Source: a virus
Lineage: Duplodnaviria; Caudoviricetes
IMG/VR virus record: IMGVR_UViG_3300036854_000037
Coordinates: 1-61,708 of that record
Length of the DNA stretch: 61,708 nt
Direction: 5' to 3' (one strand)
Numbering within the stretch: the first letter of the stretch is position 1; each line of letters begins with the position of its first letter. The notes beneath the pieces were generated by a model. That model was given only the letters and a program-made list of their open reading frames with translations, ran no database searches and had not been told where the DNA came from. Below, piece by piece: positions 46,203 through 55,114 of this stretch. Made by a program: the position numbers and the translations under genes.

Positions 46203-47054
46203 TCATCCCTCCAAGTCCGACAATACGTGGGCCTTGAGATACTTCCAGCACTCACCGCCAGCCATCTCTTGAAGGTTCCACTGACAGTAGGCAAGGTTGG
46301 CCGCCCATTGCTCGCGACCCTCTGGATAGAATAGCGTCTCAATCTTGGTCAGATCGCTGTCCGGTAGTGACATGGGAAGCGCCGCGCCGCGCCGGCAGAA
46401 CACGGGCACACCAGCAACGATCGCATCGCAGCCGACGTTGGAATGATGGGTGACCACACAGTGCGCCGTGGCCAACGCCTTATCGACAGGGGTCAGCTTG
46501 TCAAACTTCGATCCATCGATGTGTGCGGCCTGATGCCAGTTGGGCTTGGGCCGATAGATGATCGGGCGTTTGGTGATGTTGCGAAGGCGAGCGATAACAT
46601 TCCGCTCGTACTCAGCAGCCTGAAACTTCCAGGACCAAGCTGCCTTACCACTCATGCCGGCAACGAGTACAGGAGCCGTGGCCGCCGACTCCTTCTTCCA
46701 GGGCTCGATCCGGACATGCAACGAGTCCCAACGGTCGCTTGGCGCCTGTCGGTTCATTAAGTACGCTTCTGGATGCCGGTCGTTGACTGTCACCTTGAAG
46801 TAGCCAAACTCACGACGCCAGTACGCAAGGTCGACGTACACCCAGGGCTTGTTCTCCCTGCGGCAGACCTCAACGATGCGCTGGCAATTCTCCCAGAAGC
46901 CCCAGAAGATCGCTACGTCAAAGTCCTTCATGTCAGCATCGGCGTCGGTCCTGATCTGGACCTTGTCTCCAATAGCCGAGCAACCCTCAGCCATCGCGCG
47001 ACAGACCCGGCTCGCGTTCCAATTGTTCGCGAGAATGTTGACGCTAACCCTCAT
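46203..47054 (-). CDS. KpsS/KpsC-like GT-B glycosyltransferase, paralog 3
   Basis: VDLAYW, YRPKP, VVTHHSNVGCDAIVAGVPV, LAYCQW. Confidence 0.7.
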   Translation of the reverse strand: MRVSVNILANNWNASRVCRAMAEGCSAIGDKVQIRTDADADMKDFDVAIFWGFWENCQRIVEVCRRENKPWVYVDLAYWRREFGYFKVTVNDRHPEAYLMNRQAPSDRWDSLHVRIEPWKKESAATAPVLVAGMSGKAAWSWKFQAAEYERNVIARLRNITKRPIIYRPKPNWHQAAHIDGSKFDKLTPVDKALATAHCVVTHHSNVGCDAIVAGVPVFCRRGAALPMSLPDSDLTKIETLFYPEGREQWAANLAYCQWNLQEMAGGECWKYLKAHVLSDLEG

Positions 47055-47316
47055 AATAGGACTCCATCACCGCCGCCGCATCACGCATATTGCACCACGC
47101 CTCGTTATCTGGATGTGTGGCATTTCGGTAGATCATCGCCAACTCATCCCGCCTCCAAATGAGCGGGCACCCAACAACGGCTCGCGTGACCCATTCCGAC
47201 ATCCTGTTCAACTGCACGTCCGTGACGAAGGGCTCCTTGCTCCAGTCGCGGGACTCAAGCTCCAAACGCTCGCGCTCACGAAGTACGAGTCCCTTCTCTG
47301 CTTCGGTCAATCGCAT
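47044..47316 (-). CDS. Hypothetical protein
   Basis: Overlap-coupled ORF in the operon. Confidence 0.45.
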   Translation of the reverse strand: MRLTEAEKGLVLRERERLELESRDWSKEPFVTDVQLNRMSEWVTRAVVGCPLIWRRDELAMIYRNATHPDNEAWCNMRDAAAVMESYYEG

Positions 47317-48173
47317 GGCAACAAGCCTCGAAGGAAGGCCCAAGCTGTCCCGTCTCCATACTCTACCGAGTTAAACTGGAAGTAGGCGAGGTCGTTGAGC
47401 AGATTTGTGACCTCCTCATGAGAAGCCAGCTTGGGATTGTCAACTTCCGAAAGACACGTGCTTGAAATCAACCTCGTAGGAGACGGCCCCAGCACAACTG
47501 ACGGCACCCCACTGAGAAGCGCTTCGATCGCAATCGAACTCTCCTCCACAACGAGAGTGTGACAGTCTGCGAAGAGAGCCGGCAGATCATATACCTTGTG
47601 TGAAGCATCGATAGCGTTGGGAAGAGGCCCACCGAAGTCCCTGCGCAGGTTTGGCTTGACCCGGAAGAGAACCTGGCGCTTGCTGTAACGCTTGATGTCA
47701 TCCACCACCTGGATAACATGCGATCTGATACCAGGAATGCCCCTGCGGTCATAGTAGGAGCGCGCGGCGCCAGCAAAGACTATGTACTTGCCTTCCCTAC
47801 GCCACGGCTTGGGATTCCAGTTGAAGCGATTGCGCCTGTCATCTGGCATCGACAACTTACCCAAGAAGTCCATCGGATGGCTGTCGTTTATACTAACCCG
47901 TGAGTAGTTCCGAATGCGACTCAGCTCACCACCTTCAAGAACTGCATAGGCCCTGTCGATAGAGATGATCGGACAACCGTACTCACTCAAGGGATTTAGA
48001 AGGTAACGCTGTTTGTTGCCGATGATCACAGCGGCGTGGTAACAGTCAGGGAAACCTTGACCAAGAGGTTGGAAGGTGATGTTGTCACCGTGACGCCGCA
48101 CACCAGCCGCAAACGTCTCAGCCATCTCGAGCCTGTGCTCCTTAGGGCTGGTGTAGAAGACGATAGGGAGCAT
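47307..48173 (-). CDS. KpsS/KpsC-like GT-B glycosyltransferase, paralog 4
   Basis: IDRAY, FRVKP, SSIAIEALLSGVP, LAYFQF. Confidence 0.7.
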   Translation of the reverse strand: MLPIVFYTSPKEHRLEMAETFAAGVRRHGDNITFQPLGQGFPDCYHAAVIIGNKQRYLLNPLSEYGCPIISIDRAYAVLEGGELSRIRNYSRVSINDSHPMDFLGKLSMPDDRRNRFNWNPKPWRREGKYIVFAGAARSYYDRRGIPGIRSHVIQVVDDIKRYSKRQVLFRVKPNLRRDFGGPLPNAIDASHKVYDLPALFADCHTLVVEESSIAIEALLSGVPSVVLGPSPTRLISSTCLSEVDNPKLASHEEVTNLLNDLAYFQFNSVEYGDGTAWAFLRGLLPCD

Positions 48174-48850
48174 CAGACACCCTTAAGTCGCAGATTGCGA
48201 GTGAATAGCACCACCAACTCAAACCGCTGTGACAACCAATGATAACCCTCAACCTTGTCAGTAGGCGATATATCAAAAGTGTAGTCAGGATGGAGCACGC
48301 GCAAGGCCGCTACAATTCTCTCGCGCCACCACATTGGTTCCTTAACAGTTAAGTGTGTATTTGTACCACTTGGCAACGTCTTCCTAGAGGGGTCACACGC
48401 AATTGACATGAATGCAAACTTGCCGACGTATGATAGTACATCGATGAGGAACCAATCGATACAAGATTCTGGAATATGCTCCGCGACGTCTGTACAAATG
48501 ACGCCATCAAACTTGTACGTTGGTTTGACCAAGAGTCCAGGGACACCCGGATCGTAACAAACCGGTACCACACCCCAAGGTAGGTGTTGTTGTCGTGCTG
48601 GACTATGAGCGTCAGATTGAACATACTGACGACCCTTACCCGAGCCGTAATCCAGAATGCTCGCAGCATGATGTGCGCCCACAAGCGTCGCAAGAAATTC
48701 AACGCTGGGCTTGCTAAGCCCACCCCTGAAACGCTTATGGTGCTGGTGTGCCTCAAGGTACTCAACACCCAGCTTCTGAATTTCCAGAGGTCCGTAATCA
48801 GCCACGCCATCCTGTAACATTATAGCGCTCACTCTAGTTCTTCTTGACAT
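48173..48850 (-). CDS. Class I SAM methyltransferase
   Basis: ILDYGSGKG.QY, YDPG, ICTDVAEHIP. Confidence 0.85.
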   Translation of the reverse strand: MSRRTRVSAIMLQDGVADYGPLEIQKLGVEYLEAHQHHKRFRGGLSKPSVEFLATLVGAHHAASILDYGSGKGRQYVQSDAHSPARQQHLPWGVVPVCYDPGVPGLLVKPTYKFDGVICTDVAEHIPESCIDWFLIDVLSYVGKFAFMSIACDPSRKTLPSGTNTHLTVKEPMWWRERIVAALRVLHPDYTFDISPTDKVEGYHWLSQRFELVVLFTRNLRLKGV

Positions 48851-49364
48851 GAAGCCTTAGAGACTTCCGGCCAGGATTGCACTCAACTACAGACCACGAG
48901 TGGTGATTTAGTTTCTCCAACCACCAACCAGAGGGCTTGATCGTTATATGAGCATTTTGTCCATCGGGCAGCACCCTCTTTGCCTTGGTCAATCCAATAG
49001 AAAAGTACCCTCCAATCAACATGAGATTGTGGATATGTTCTAATACATCATCCACATACTCAATCTCTACATGCTCCATGACATCCGTACAGACTATGAA
49101 GTCAGCTGGCAGAGGATCACCTGCACAGGACTCAATGGCTGGATCATACTCAGCTACCGATAAACTCGGGTTTGACTCTGCGAGATGACGCCTGACAGTC
49201 CCAAAACCCGATCCATAATCAAGGACAGTCTTACAACGCAATTCCTCGCAGAACGGTAGGAAATCCTGGATATACGAGAAGCCTTTAGTCCCCCAAGGGG
49301 CTGCCTGGTGCATTTGGGCCAGGAGCTGCCTGTAGTCGTCTGAGATGAACTTTGACAAAGTCAC
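48834..49364 (-). CDS. Class I SAM methyltransferase
   Basis: VLDYGSG.G, YDPA, VCTDVMEH, LPDGQNAH. Confidence 0.85.
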   Translation of the reverse strand: MTLSKFISDDYRQLLAQMHQAAPWGTKGFSYIQDFLPFCEELRCKTVLDYGSGFGTVRRHLAESNPSLSVAEYDPAIESCAGDPLPADFIVCTDVMEHVEIEYVDDVLEHIHNLMLIGGYFSIGLTKAKRVLPDGQNAHITIKPSGWWLEKLNHHSWSVVECNPGRKSLRLHVKKN

Positions 49365-49771
49365 AGCTCCCTAAATAAGGCAGCTATCTTCATGGTACCA
49401 GCATCACCAACGTTATCTGCCGTCATGAATGGAAAGTAAAACCGAGCTTTTGGCAAACTAAGACCAGCCTCTACAGGGTCGGCCGAGTTTGTCCAAGGGA
49501 TCATCATGTTGCCACCAGCGGCAAGCATGTTCAAAGCGTAGTCAGCACCAAACCCTGGTGTACTTGGTGCGTCGTTCAAGTTGGAACACCGAAAAGTAGC
49601 AGATGGAGAACCCGACGAAACCAACACCTGGGCTGACACAGAAAGAATTTCGCAGTCAATAGCCTCAAAGGCAACTCCAAGGTCTTGGTTGTTTTGACCA
49701 TGATCAACCGACATGTCCCACTCAATCGTGAACAACTTATTTCCGACGAAGTACTTCGCGTAAGCTGACAT
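49361..49771 (-). CDS. Hypothetical protein
   Basis: RBS AAGGGGA; coupled to the next gene. Confidence 0.55.
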   Translation of the reverse strand: MSAYAKYFVGNKLFTIEWDMSVDHGQNNQDLGVAFEAIDCEILSVSAQVLVSSGSPSATFRCSNLNDAPSTPGFGADYALNMLAAGGNMMIPWTNSADPVEAGLSLPKARFYFPFMTADNVGDAGTMKIAALFREL

Positions 49772-49795
49772 AACTAATCCCCTTCCCTTGTTATA

Positions 49796-51970
49796 TTAAC
49801 CACACCGTGAGTAGGTGCAGTTCTCACATGACCAGCAACCTTCACGCTGGATCAGATTGGCGCGGCAGGCGGGGCACTCCTTGCCCTCCGACTTGGCGAC
49901 AGGCACGACCACACCAAGTGAAGAGAGGTGAGTGTCGATCACCTGTCCGATGCCGGCGATGATGGATGGCACATAGGACTTGCCTTCCCAGTAGCCGCCC
50001 CGTGGGTCGAACACAGCCTTGAGTTCAGCTCCCACGAACGAGACGTCGCCTCCCTTGCGGAAGATGGCGCTGATCATGACAGTCAGGGCCGTGGTCCAGG
50101 AGATGAATTCGAGGTTCTTGGTATTGATGAAAACCTCGTAAGGACGCCGCATACCATTGATCTCTGCATCGTTAATCGTGATGAAGAGGGCGTGCTCATG
50201 CCCTGGGGGCTTGAGACGATAGGTCGATCCGACAAGCTGTGCCGGCCGGACAAGCGGCTTGCTCAGTTCCACGACGTTGCTCATATCACCCTCCTTGGTC
50301 GTCATCGAGTCGGATGACAGGATCGAACCAGTGATCTTGTTCGGGCGATATGTAGTACAACTCTTGGCCCCTTGACCATAGGCATTCGAGTAAATGTCCA
50401 CGAATTCCTCGAATGTTATGCTCTCGGGACAGTTGATCGTCTTGGAGACGGACGAGTCGATATTCGCCTGTGCAGCGGTAAGGATGTCGATATGGTTGTT
50501 GGGCGTCAGATTGGCGGCGGTCTCCCAAACCTCACTGCCTATACCGCGTAGATGAGCGTACTGCTCGTACAAGTTCCACGCATAGTCCGTAACCTCAACC
50601 TCCTTCCACGTGTCATCCTTCTGCAGGATACGCCTCTTAAGAGACAGGTCGAAGATGGGCTCGATGCCAGAGGATACGTTGCCGGCAAACAGCGAGATCG
50701 TTCCCGTGGGTTGGATCGACATGAGATGTGAGTTGCGGCGCGCGGGGGCTATGCTGGGGTAGAAGGAGGGATCGAAGAGAGGGAACGAGCCCTTCTGCCG
50801 CCCCAACTCCTCAGACGCCAGTTCGGCAATATATCGAATGTCTCCAGTCACACGTGTCGTGAACTCGACTGCCGCCGCTTCCGAGTACTTGACACCCAAC
50901 ATCACAAGACAATCAGCCAACCCCGTGATACCGATCCCAATGCGGCGCTTCGACTGCGACTCGAGCCGTTGCTGAGGTAATGGGTAATGGGTCACATCGA
51001 GTACATTGTCGAGGAAGCGCACGAGGGTGCTCACCAAGACCTCAAGGCGGTTCCAATTGAAACGCTGCCGCTCAGGCTCGAAGGGGTGAAGGACAAGGCG
51101 CGCGAGGTTGATCGAACCCAGGCAACAGACACCATAGGGCGGTAGCAGCTGTTCCCCACACGGGTTGGTGCATGAGATCAGCTCGATGGAACGCAGGGGG
51201 TTCGCAGCATTGACGCGATCAATGAAGATAACACCCGGATCAGCGAACTCATAGGTCGAGCGCATGATCTTGTTCCAGAGATCACGCGCCTGAAGTGTCT
51301 TGTGCACATTGCCGTTGAACTTCAGGTCCCACCACAAGTCCTTCTCGACAGCGCCCATGAACTCGTCTGTGATGAGCACGGAGAGATTGAAGTTCTTGAG
51401 GCGTCCCTTACCTTGGCGCTTGGCCTCGATGAACGCTTCGATGTCCGGGTGATCGCAGCGAAGGGTCCCCATCATAGCGCCGCGCCTGGTGCCCGCCGAC
51501 ATGATGGTCTCGCACATCGAGTTCCACTCATCCATGAACGGCAGGGGTCCCGACGCACCAGTACCCAGCTTGCTAACGAGAGCACCCCTGGGTCTGAGGG
51601 TCGAGAAGTCCATCCCGATGCCGGCGCCCGTCTGCATTGTGAGGGCGGACTCCGTGAGTGCCTCGTGGATGCCCCTCAGACTGTCAGAGATCGTTCCCAT
51701 GACGTAACAATTCATGAGGGTGACAGCGCGATTGGTGCCAGCGCCGGCGTAGATGCGCCCTCCAGGGAGGACCTCGAGGTCCTCCATCATGTTGAAGAAG
51801 CGCGCCTCCCACTCCTCGCGCACGTCCTCTTCTTCAACGGAGGCGACAGCGCGCGCTACGCGAGCGAATGTGCTCTCAAGGCTGAGATCGATGGGGTCGC
51901 CGTGATGATCCTTGTAGCGATACTTCTCGTTCCAGATGTACTCGCCGATCTCTGTGAGTTTGGCGACCAT
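49796..51970 (-). CDS. nrdJ: Class II (adenosylcobalamin-dependent) ribonucleotide reductase
   Basis: PGGR, LMNCYV, RRGAMM, TNPCGEQ, CCLGSINL, QPTGT, C-terminal CxxC..GC..C..C..RC; no nrdB nearby. Confidence 0.93.
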   Translation of the reverse strand: MVAKLTEIGEYIWNEKYRYKDHHGDPIDLSLESTFARVARAVASVEEEDVREEWEARFFNMMEDLEVLPGGRIYAGAGTNRAVTLMNCYVMGTISDSLRGIHEALTESALTMQTGAGIGMDFSTLRPRGALVSKLGTGASGPLPFMDEWNSMCETIMSAGTRRGAMMGTLRCDHPDIEAFIEAKRQGKGRLKNFNLSVLITDEFMGAVEKDLWWDLKFNGNVHKTLQARDLWNKIMRSTYEFADPGVIFIDRVNAANPLRSIELISCTNPCGEQLLPPYGVCCLGSINLARLVLHPFEPERQRFNWNRLEVLVSTLVRFLDNVLDVTHYPLPQQRLESQSKRRIGIGITGLADCLVMLGVKYSEAAAVEFTTRVTGDIRYIAELASEELGRQKGSFPLFDPSFYPSIAPARRNSHLMSIQPTGTISLFAGNVSSGIEPIFDLSLKRRILQKDDTWKEVEVTDYAWNLYEQYAHLRGIGSEVWETAANLTPNNHIDILTAAQANIDSSVSKTINCPESITFEEFVDIYSNAYGQGAKSCTTYRPNKITGSILSSDSMTTKEGDMSNVVELSKPLVRPAQLVGSTYRLKPPGHEHALFITINDAEINGMRRPYEVFINTKNLEFISWTTALTVMISAIFRKGGDVSFVGAELKAVFDPRGGYWEGKSYVPSIIAGIGQVIDTHLSSLGVVVPVAKSEGKECPACRANLIQREGCWSCENCTYSRCG

Positions 51971-52003
51971 ATGGTGTTCCCTTGTATGGTTTTTGGTGCC
52001 CCG

Positions 52004-52042
52004 AAGAAACAGAGGAGGCGGTAGGCGTTCACTACCACCTCC
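52004..52042 (-). terminator. Terminator-like hairpin upstream of nrdJ
   Basis: GGAGGTGGTAG-tgaacgc-CTACCGCCTCC followed by TCTGTTTCTT. Confidence 0.65.
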
Positions 52043-52185
52043 CCACCCGCTCCCTGCACCCGCTGGCGGTGGACCTACGGTTGAACATAGGGGGATACGA
52101 GCAGATCAATTTGAGTGCATCAGCACGACGTTGCCAAGGCCCAATCTGTGTCGTGCCAATCACACATCGAAATCAAATACCCGAA

Positions 52186-52386
52186 CTACAGCTGGGCAAT
52201 GGGTGCAGCGTCCAATTTGATCAACGCGCCCGTCACTGCGTCGTAGTACCCATCCTTCTCAGCGCGCATCTTCGCATTAGGCTTGAGCGCCACATGGCTG
52301 CCGTTGGGCAGGATCAGGTCCGCACGCTTCACCCCATCAACCGTGAAGATGCGGATCGAATTCCGGGGGATCGCATTCTTACTCAT
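52186..52386 (-). CDS. Small protein coupled to the metallopeptidase gene (candidate inhibitor)
   Basis: ATGA overlap at 52383-52386; 66 aa. Confidence 0.55.
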   Translation of the reverse strand: MSKNAIPRNSIRIFTVDGVKRADLILPNGSHVALKPNAKMRAEKDGYYDAVTGALIKLDAAPIAQL

Positions 52387-53933
52387 CCGAGGCTCCTCAG
52401 CGCATCCACTGACCCACTAAACGTGGTTAGCACCGCTTGCTGCGTCATCGATCTGTTGAAGAGGTACTTGCCGCTCGTCGGCCTGCCGTAGGTTGCTGTG
52501 TAAATCTCAGCGAACAGTTCCTGAGGAATGGATGAAGGCTCATAGGCCTTGGCGTAATAGTCCCGGACAGCCGGAGGTGCGAGTGCGTACTCGTGCAACA
52601 TGACCGGCGCCAACGCATGCGATATGGCAAACTCTTCACCTGGGATCGCGTAGTAGTCAAGTGCATGTGCGCTCTCATGGATAACGATCCGATTGATGTC
52701 ATCAAAAGGTGTGAAGCCAAACCTCTGGTTGCTCCAACCCTGACCCACAACAAGACCCATACCAGGATTGAAGAAGCCTGCGATATACCCACGCTCGGGA
52801 TCAATCTTAGGGTTGAGTGATGCAAACCGGCGCATATCGTAAAGGGCTGTTATCTGCAGGTTCTTCAAGACCTCGTAATGGTTCCGTGGTATCCTAGCCA
52901 TTGTGTCCTTGATCGCCACCATAACCTTCTCAGTACCAGGTTCAGCACGCACCCTGATGTAACGCTGTTCCTGCTCTTGCCTGGGTGGAGATGGTCGAGC
53001 CGTCGCACGCTGTTGACGTTGCTTCTCCCTGTAGCGCTCGCGTCGACGTACAGAGGCCGGGTCCATCCTGAGTTCGCTGATGCCACCAGCACCACCAGAC
53101 CATCGACCATCCTCACCCCGTGATTGATCAGGGTTGTATTCAGGGTAGCCCTTCACGAAGTAGTCGAGGCACTTGGATGTCGGCATTGTACCAGACGTCC
53201 AGTTCCTGATGGCTGAGACTGTCCTGGGGAAGCGGCGCAAGACGCCCTGTTGCGTCAGGCTGTAACCAATGAAGTCCCGCTCTCTTCCTCCCTGCGGTCC
53301 GTACATCGCTGCGTACACATCGGCGAACAGCTCCTTGGGGAGGCTGTCGGCTGAATAGTGCTCTGAGTAGTAGCGCTGCGAACGCGACAAACCATTGTAC
53401 TCAGACATGATGGTGCCAGCAAGCGCGCTCGAGAAGGCGAAGGGTTTACCAGGGATGGCGTTGTAGTCAAATGCATGCCCGAACTCATGCGTTGCCCAAC
53501 GCTCAACATTCTCAAACTCGATGAAGCCCCACTTGTTGTTGGTCCAACCTTCACCCACAACGAGTCCCAGGATTGGACTGTAGAAGCCGGCTGTGAACGT
53601 CAGGTCCTTGCGGTTGGGATCGATTTCAAGCATTCCCATCCTGGAATACTTCGCCATGTCATAGACGGCCTTTTTCGGTAGGTTCCGAAGGACAGCCTGG
53701 TGATCCTCAGGTAGCCGTGACATGACGTTCTTGATTGCCCGGCCGGCGTTGTCGGCTCCCCTCTCCTGGAGAAGCCTGATCGATGTATCTTGCTTGGACC
53801 AGTCAATGCCGCGCCGCTTGACCCTGTACGTCTTAGGGCGCTGGCGAGCCGAACCTCCTCCAGACCAACGTCCATCCTCACCCCGTGGTTGATCCGGATG
53901 GTATTCAGGATAGCCTTTGAATAGGTTGAGCAT
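52383..53933 (-). CDS. Tandem zincin metallopeptidase polyprotein, each domain preceded by a KGYPE tag
   Basis: HEFGH..ELFAD and HESAH..ELFAE. Confidence 0.82.
   Translation of the reverse strand: MLNLFKGYPEYHPDQPRGEDGRWSGGGSARQRPKTYRVKRRGIDWSKQDTSIRLLQERGADNAGRAIKNVMSRLPEDHQAVLRNLPKKAVYDMAKYSRMGMLEIDPNRKDLTFTAGFYSPILGLVVGEGWTNNKWGFIEFENVERWATHEFGHAFDYNAIPGKPFAFSSALAGTIMSEYNGLSRSQRYYSEHYSADSLPKELFADVYAAMYGPQGGRERDFIGYSLTQQGVLRRFPRTVSAIRNWTSGTMPTSKCLDYFVKGYPEYNPDQSRGEDGRWSGGAGGISELRMDPASVRRRERYREKQRQQRATARPSPPRQEQEQRYIRVRAEPGTEKVMVAIKDTMARIPRNHYEVLKNLQITALYDMRRFASLNPKIDPERGYIAGFFNPGMGLVVGQGWSNQRFGFTPFDDINRIVIHESAHALDYYAIPGEEFAISHALAPVMLHEYALAPPAVRDYYAKAYEPSSIPQELFAEIYTATYGRPTSGKYLFNRSMTQQAVLTTFSGSVDALRSLG
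53100..53153 (-). repeat. KGYPE tag copy 3 (KGYPEYNPDQSRGEDGRW)
   Basis: Internal translated motif. Confidence 0.9.
53865..53918 (-). repeat. KGYPE tag copy 4 (KGYPEYHPDQPRGEDGRW)
   Basis: N-terminal translated motif. Confidence 0.9.
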
Positions 53934-53936
53934 TGG

Positions 53937-54512
53937 TTAAATGCCCTCATCAAACCCAAGGTCGTCCTGGGTGACAGAGATGCCATCCGTACCACTGGTG
54001 ATGAACTGCTCAAAGTCACCCTGACCACACAGAAACTGCCCAACGAGTTCCTGCACAGGCAACGGGAATCGATTGAGCTGTGCCGCAGTGCCCTCAGCGA
54101 GGCGGAACCACTCGATGTTGACCGAGCCTGCACCCAACCGTCTGATCTTCTGAACGCCTGGGACGTTGTTGTTGACCGCCTCGTTGCCATCGGTGAGCGC
54201 GAACGCCATCTCAACGGAGCCATCAATGATCTGCTGAGGAATGGTTTGATCATCCAAACCATCGATGCCGGTATTGGTTCGCGGCCACTGCAACGTCTGA
54301 CCGCTCAGCATAGTCGGCTCACCAAGCCAACACTGACGATCGAAGAGACGCGTCGCCGTGACGAGGGCAGAACCCTTCTGATCATCTGTCAGGTTGAACC
54401 AACCAGACGCCAGGAAGTTCGCCTGCAGGTAGAGATTTGCGTAGTCGAGCGTTGAGTAGGCATCATACGGCTGCGAGTTTACGATGACGACACTCTCATT
54501 AGCGTCGGTCAT
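53937..54512 (-). CDS. Head-tail adaptor (often annotated as DnaT-like)
   Basis: Y.TL..A..Y, AL..AT...D, Q.LQWPR, IP..I..G..E.A. Confidence 0.75.
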   Translation of the reverse strand: MTDANESVVIVNSQPYDAYSTLDYANLYLQANFLASGWFNLTDDQKGSALVTATRLFDRQCWLGEPTMLSGQTLQWPRTNTGIDGLDDQTIPQQIIDGSVEMAFALTDGNEAVNNNVPGVQKIRRLGAGSVNIEWFRLAEGTAAQLNRFPLPVQELVGQFLCGQGDFEQFITSGTDGISVTQDDLGFDEGI

Positions 54513-55114
54513 GGCATATGCCTCCAGATAAACCTCAGCGTGTCCAAAACCGGGTTGACGATATCAAAACCGTCACTGGGTACAGGAGCACGACCTCCAA
54601 AATAGAAGTAGGCAGCGAGTCCCACAAGGACAGCTGTGCCAACGACGTTGATGAAGATCGACTCCTGGGTGGCTGGGTCCAATGAGCCGAACCATTCCCT
54701 TACCGATGTCCGCACCTTCTGCAGGACACCAGCCGACGCCTGCTTCAATTCAGGCGCGCTGGGGGTGCCACCATCGGAGAGCATCGAGGCGACAGGCCTG
54801 ACAAGATCGAGTCCAGCCGTCTTCCCAGAACCAGAGGAGCTTGTCCACTTACCAGACCTATCCCGTGCCTCCTCAGATCTGTATTCTGGATAACCCTTCG
54901 TCACTGAGCGCAGCAACGACACAGATGCGCGCGCCATGTTGAGAACGGCATCAACGTAGTCGGCGGCCTGCCCCGTGAGCTTGATACGTTCCTTCTGCAG
55001 TCTGTTGATCAACGAGTCCAGACGCATGGGATTGCGCTCAGTGCGAGACAACCGCATGAGCGAGACCATCTCACGCAATACCTCATCGAGAACCAAAGGC
55101 GCTTGTGCTACCAT
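54509..55114 (-). CDS. KGYPE-tagged protein with C-terminal TM helix
   Basis: Tag at 54845-54898; IFINVVGTAVLVGLAAYFYF. Confidence 0.7.
   Translation of the reverse strand: MVAQAPLVLDEVLREMVSLMRLSRTERNPMRLDSLINRLQKERIKLTGQAADYVDAVLNMARASVSLLRSVTKGYPEYRSEEARDRSGKWTSSSGSGKTAGLDLVRPVASMLSDGGTPSAPELKQASAGVLQKVRTSVREWFGSLDPATQESIFINVVGTAVLVGLAAYFYFGGRAPVPSDGFDIVNPVLDTLRFIWRHMP
54845..54898 (-). repeat. KGYPE tag copy 5 (KGYPEYRSEEARDRSGKW)
   Basis: Translated motif. Confidence 0.88.

Noticed and set aside
51971-52185. Cobalamin riboswitch, NrdR box or sigma54 promoter upstream of nrdJ
   Set aside because: No B12-box elements; TGGCACG lacks the -12 TTGC; ACCATATGGT is a poor NrdR match. Only the terminator hairpin is supported.
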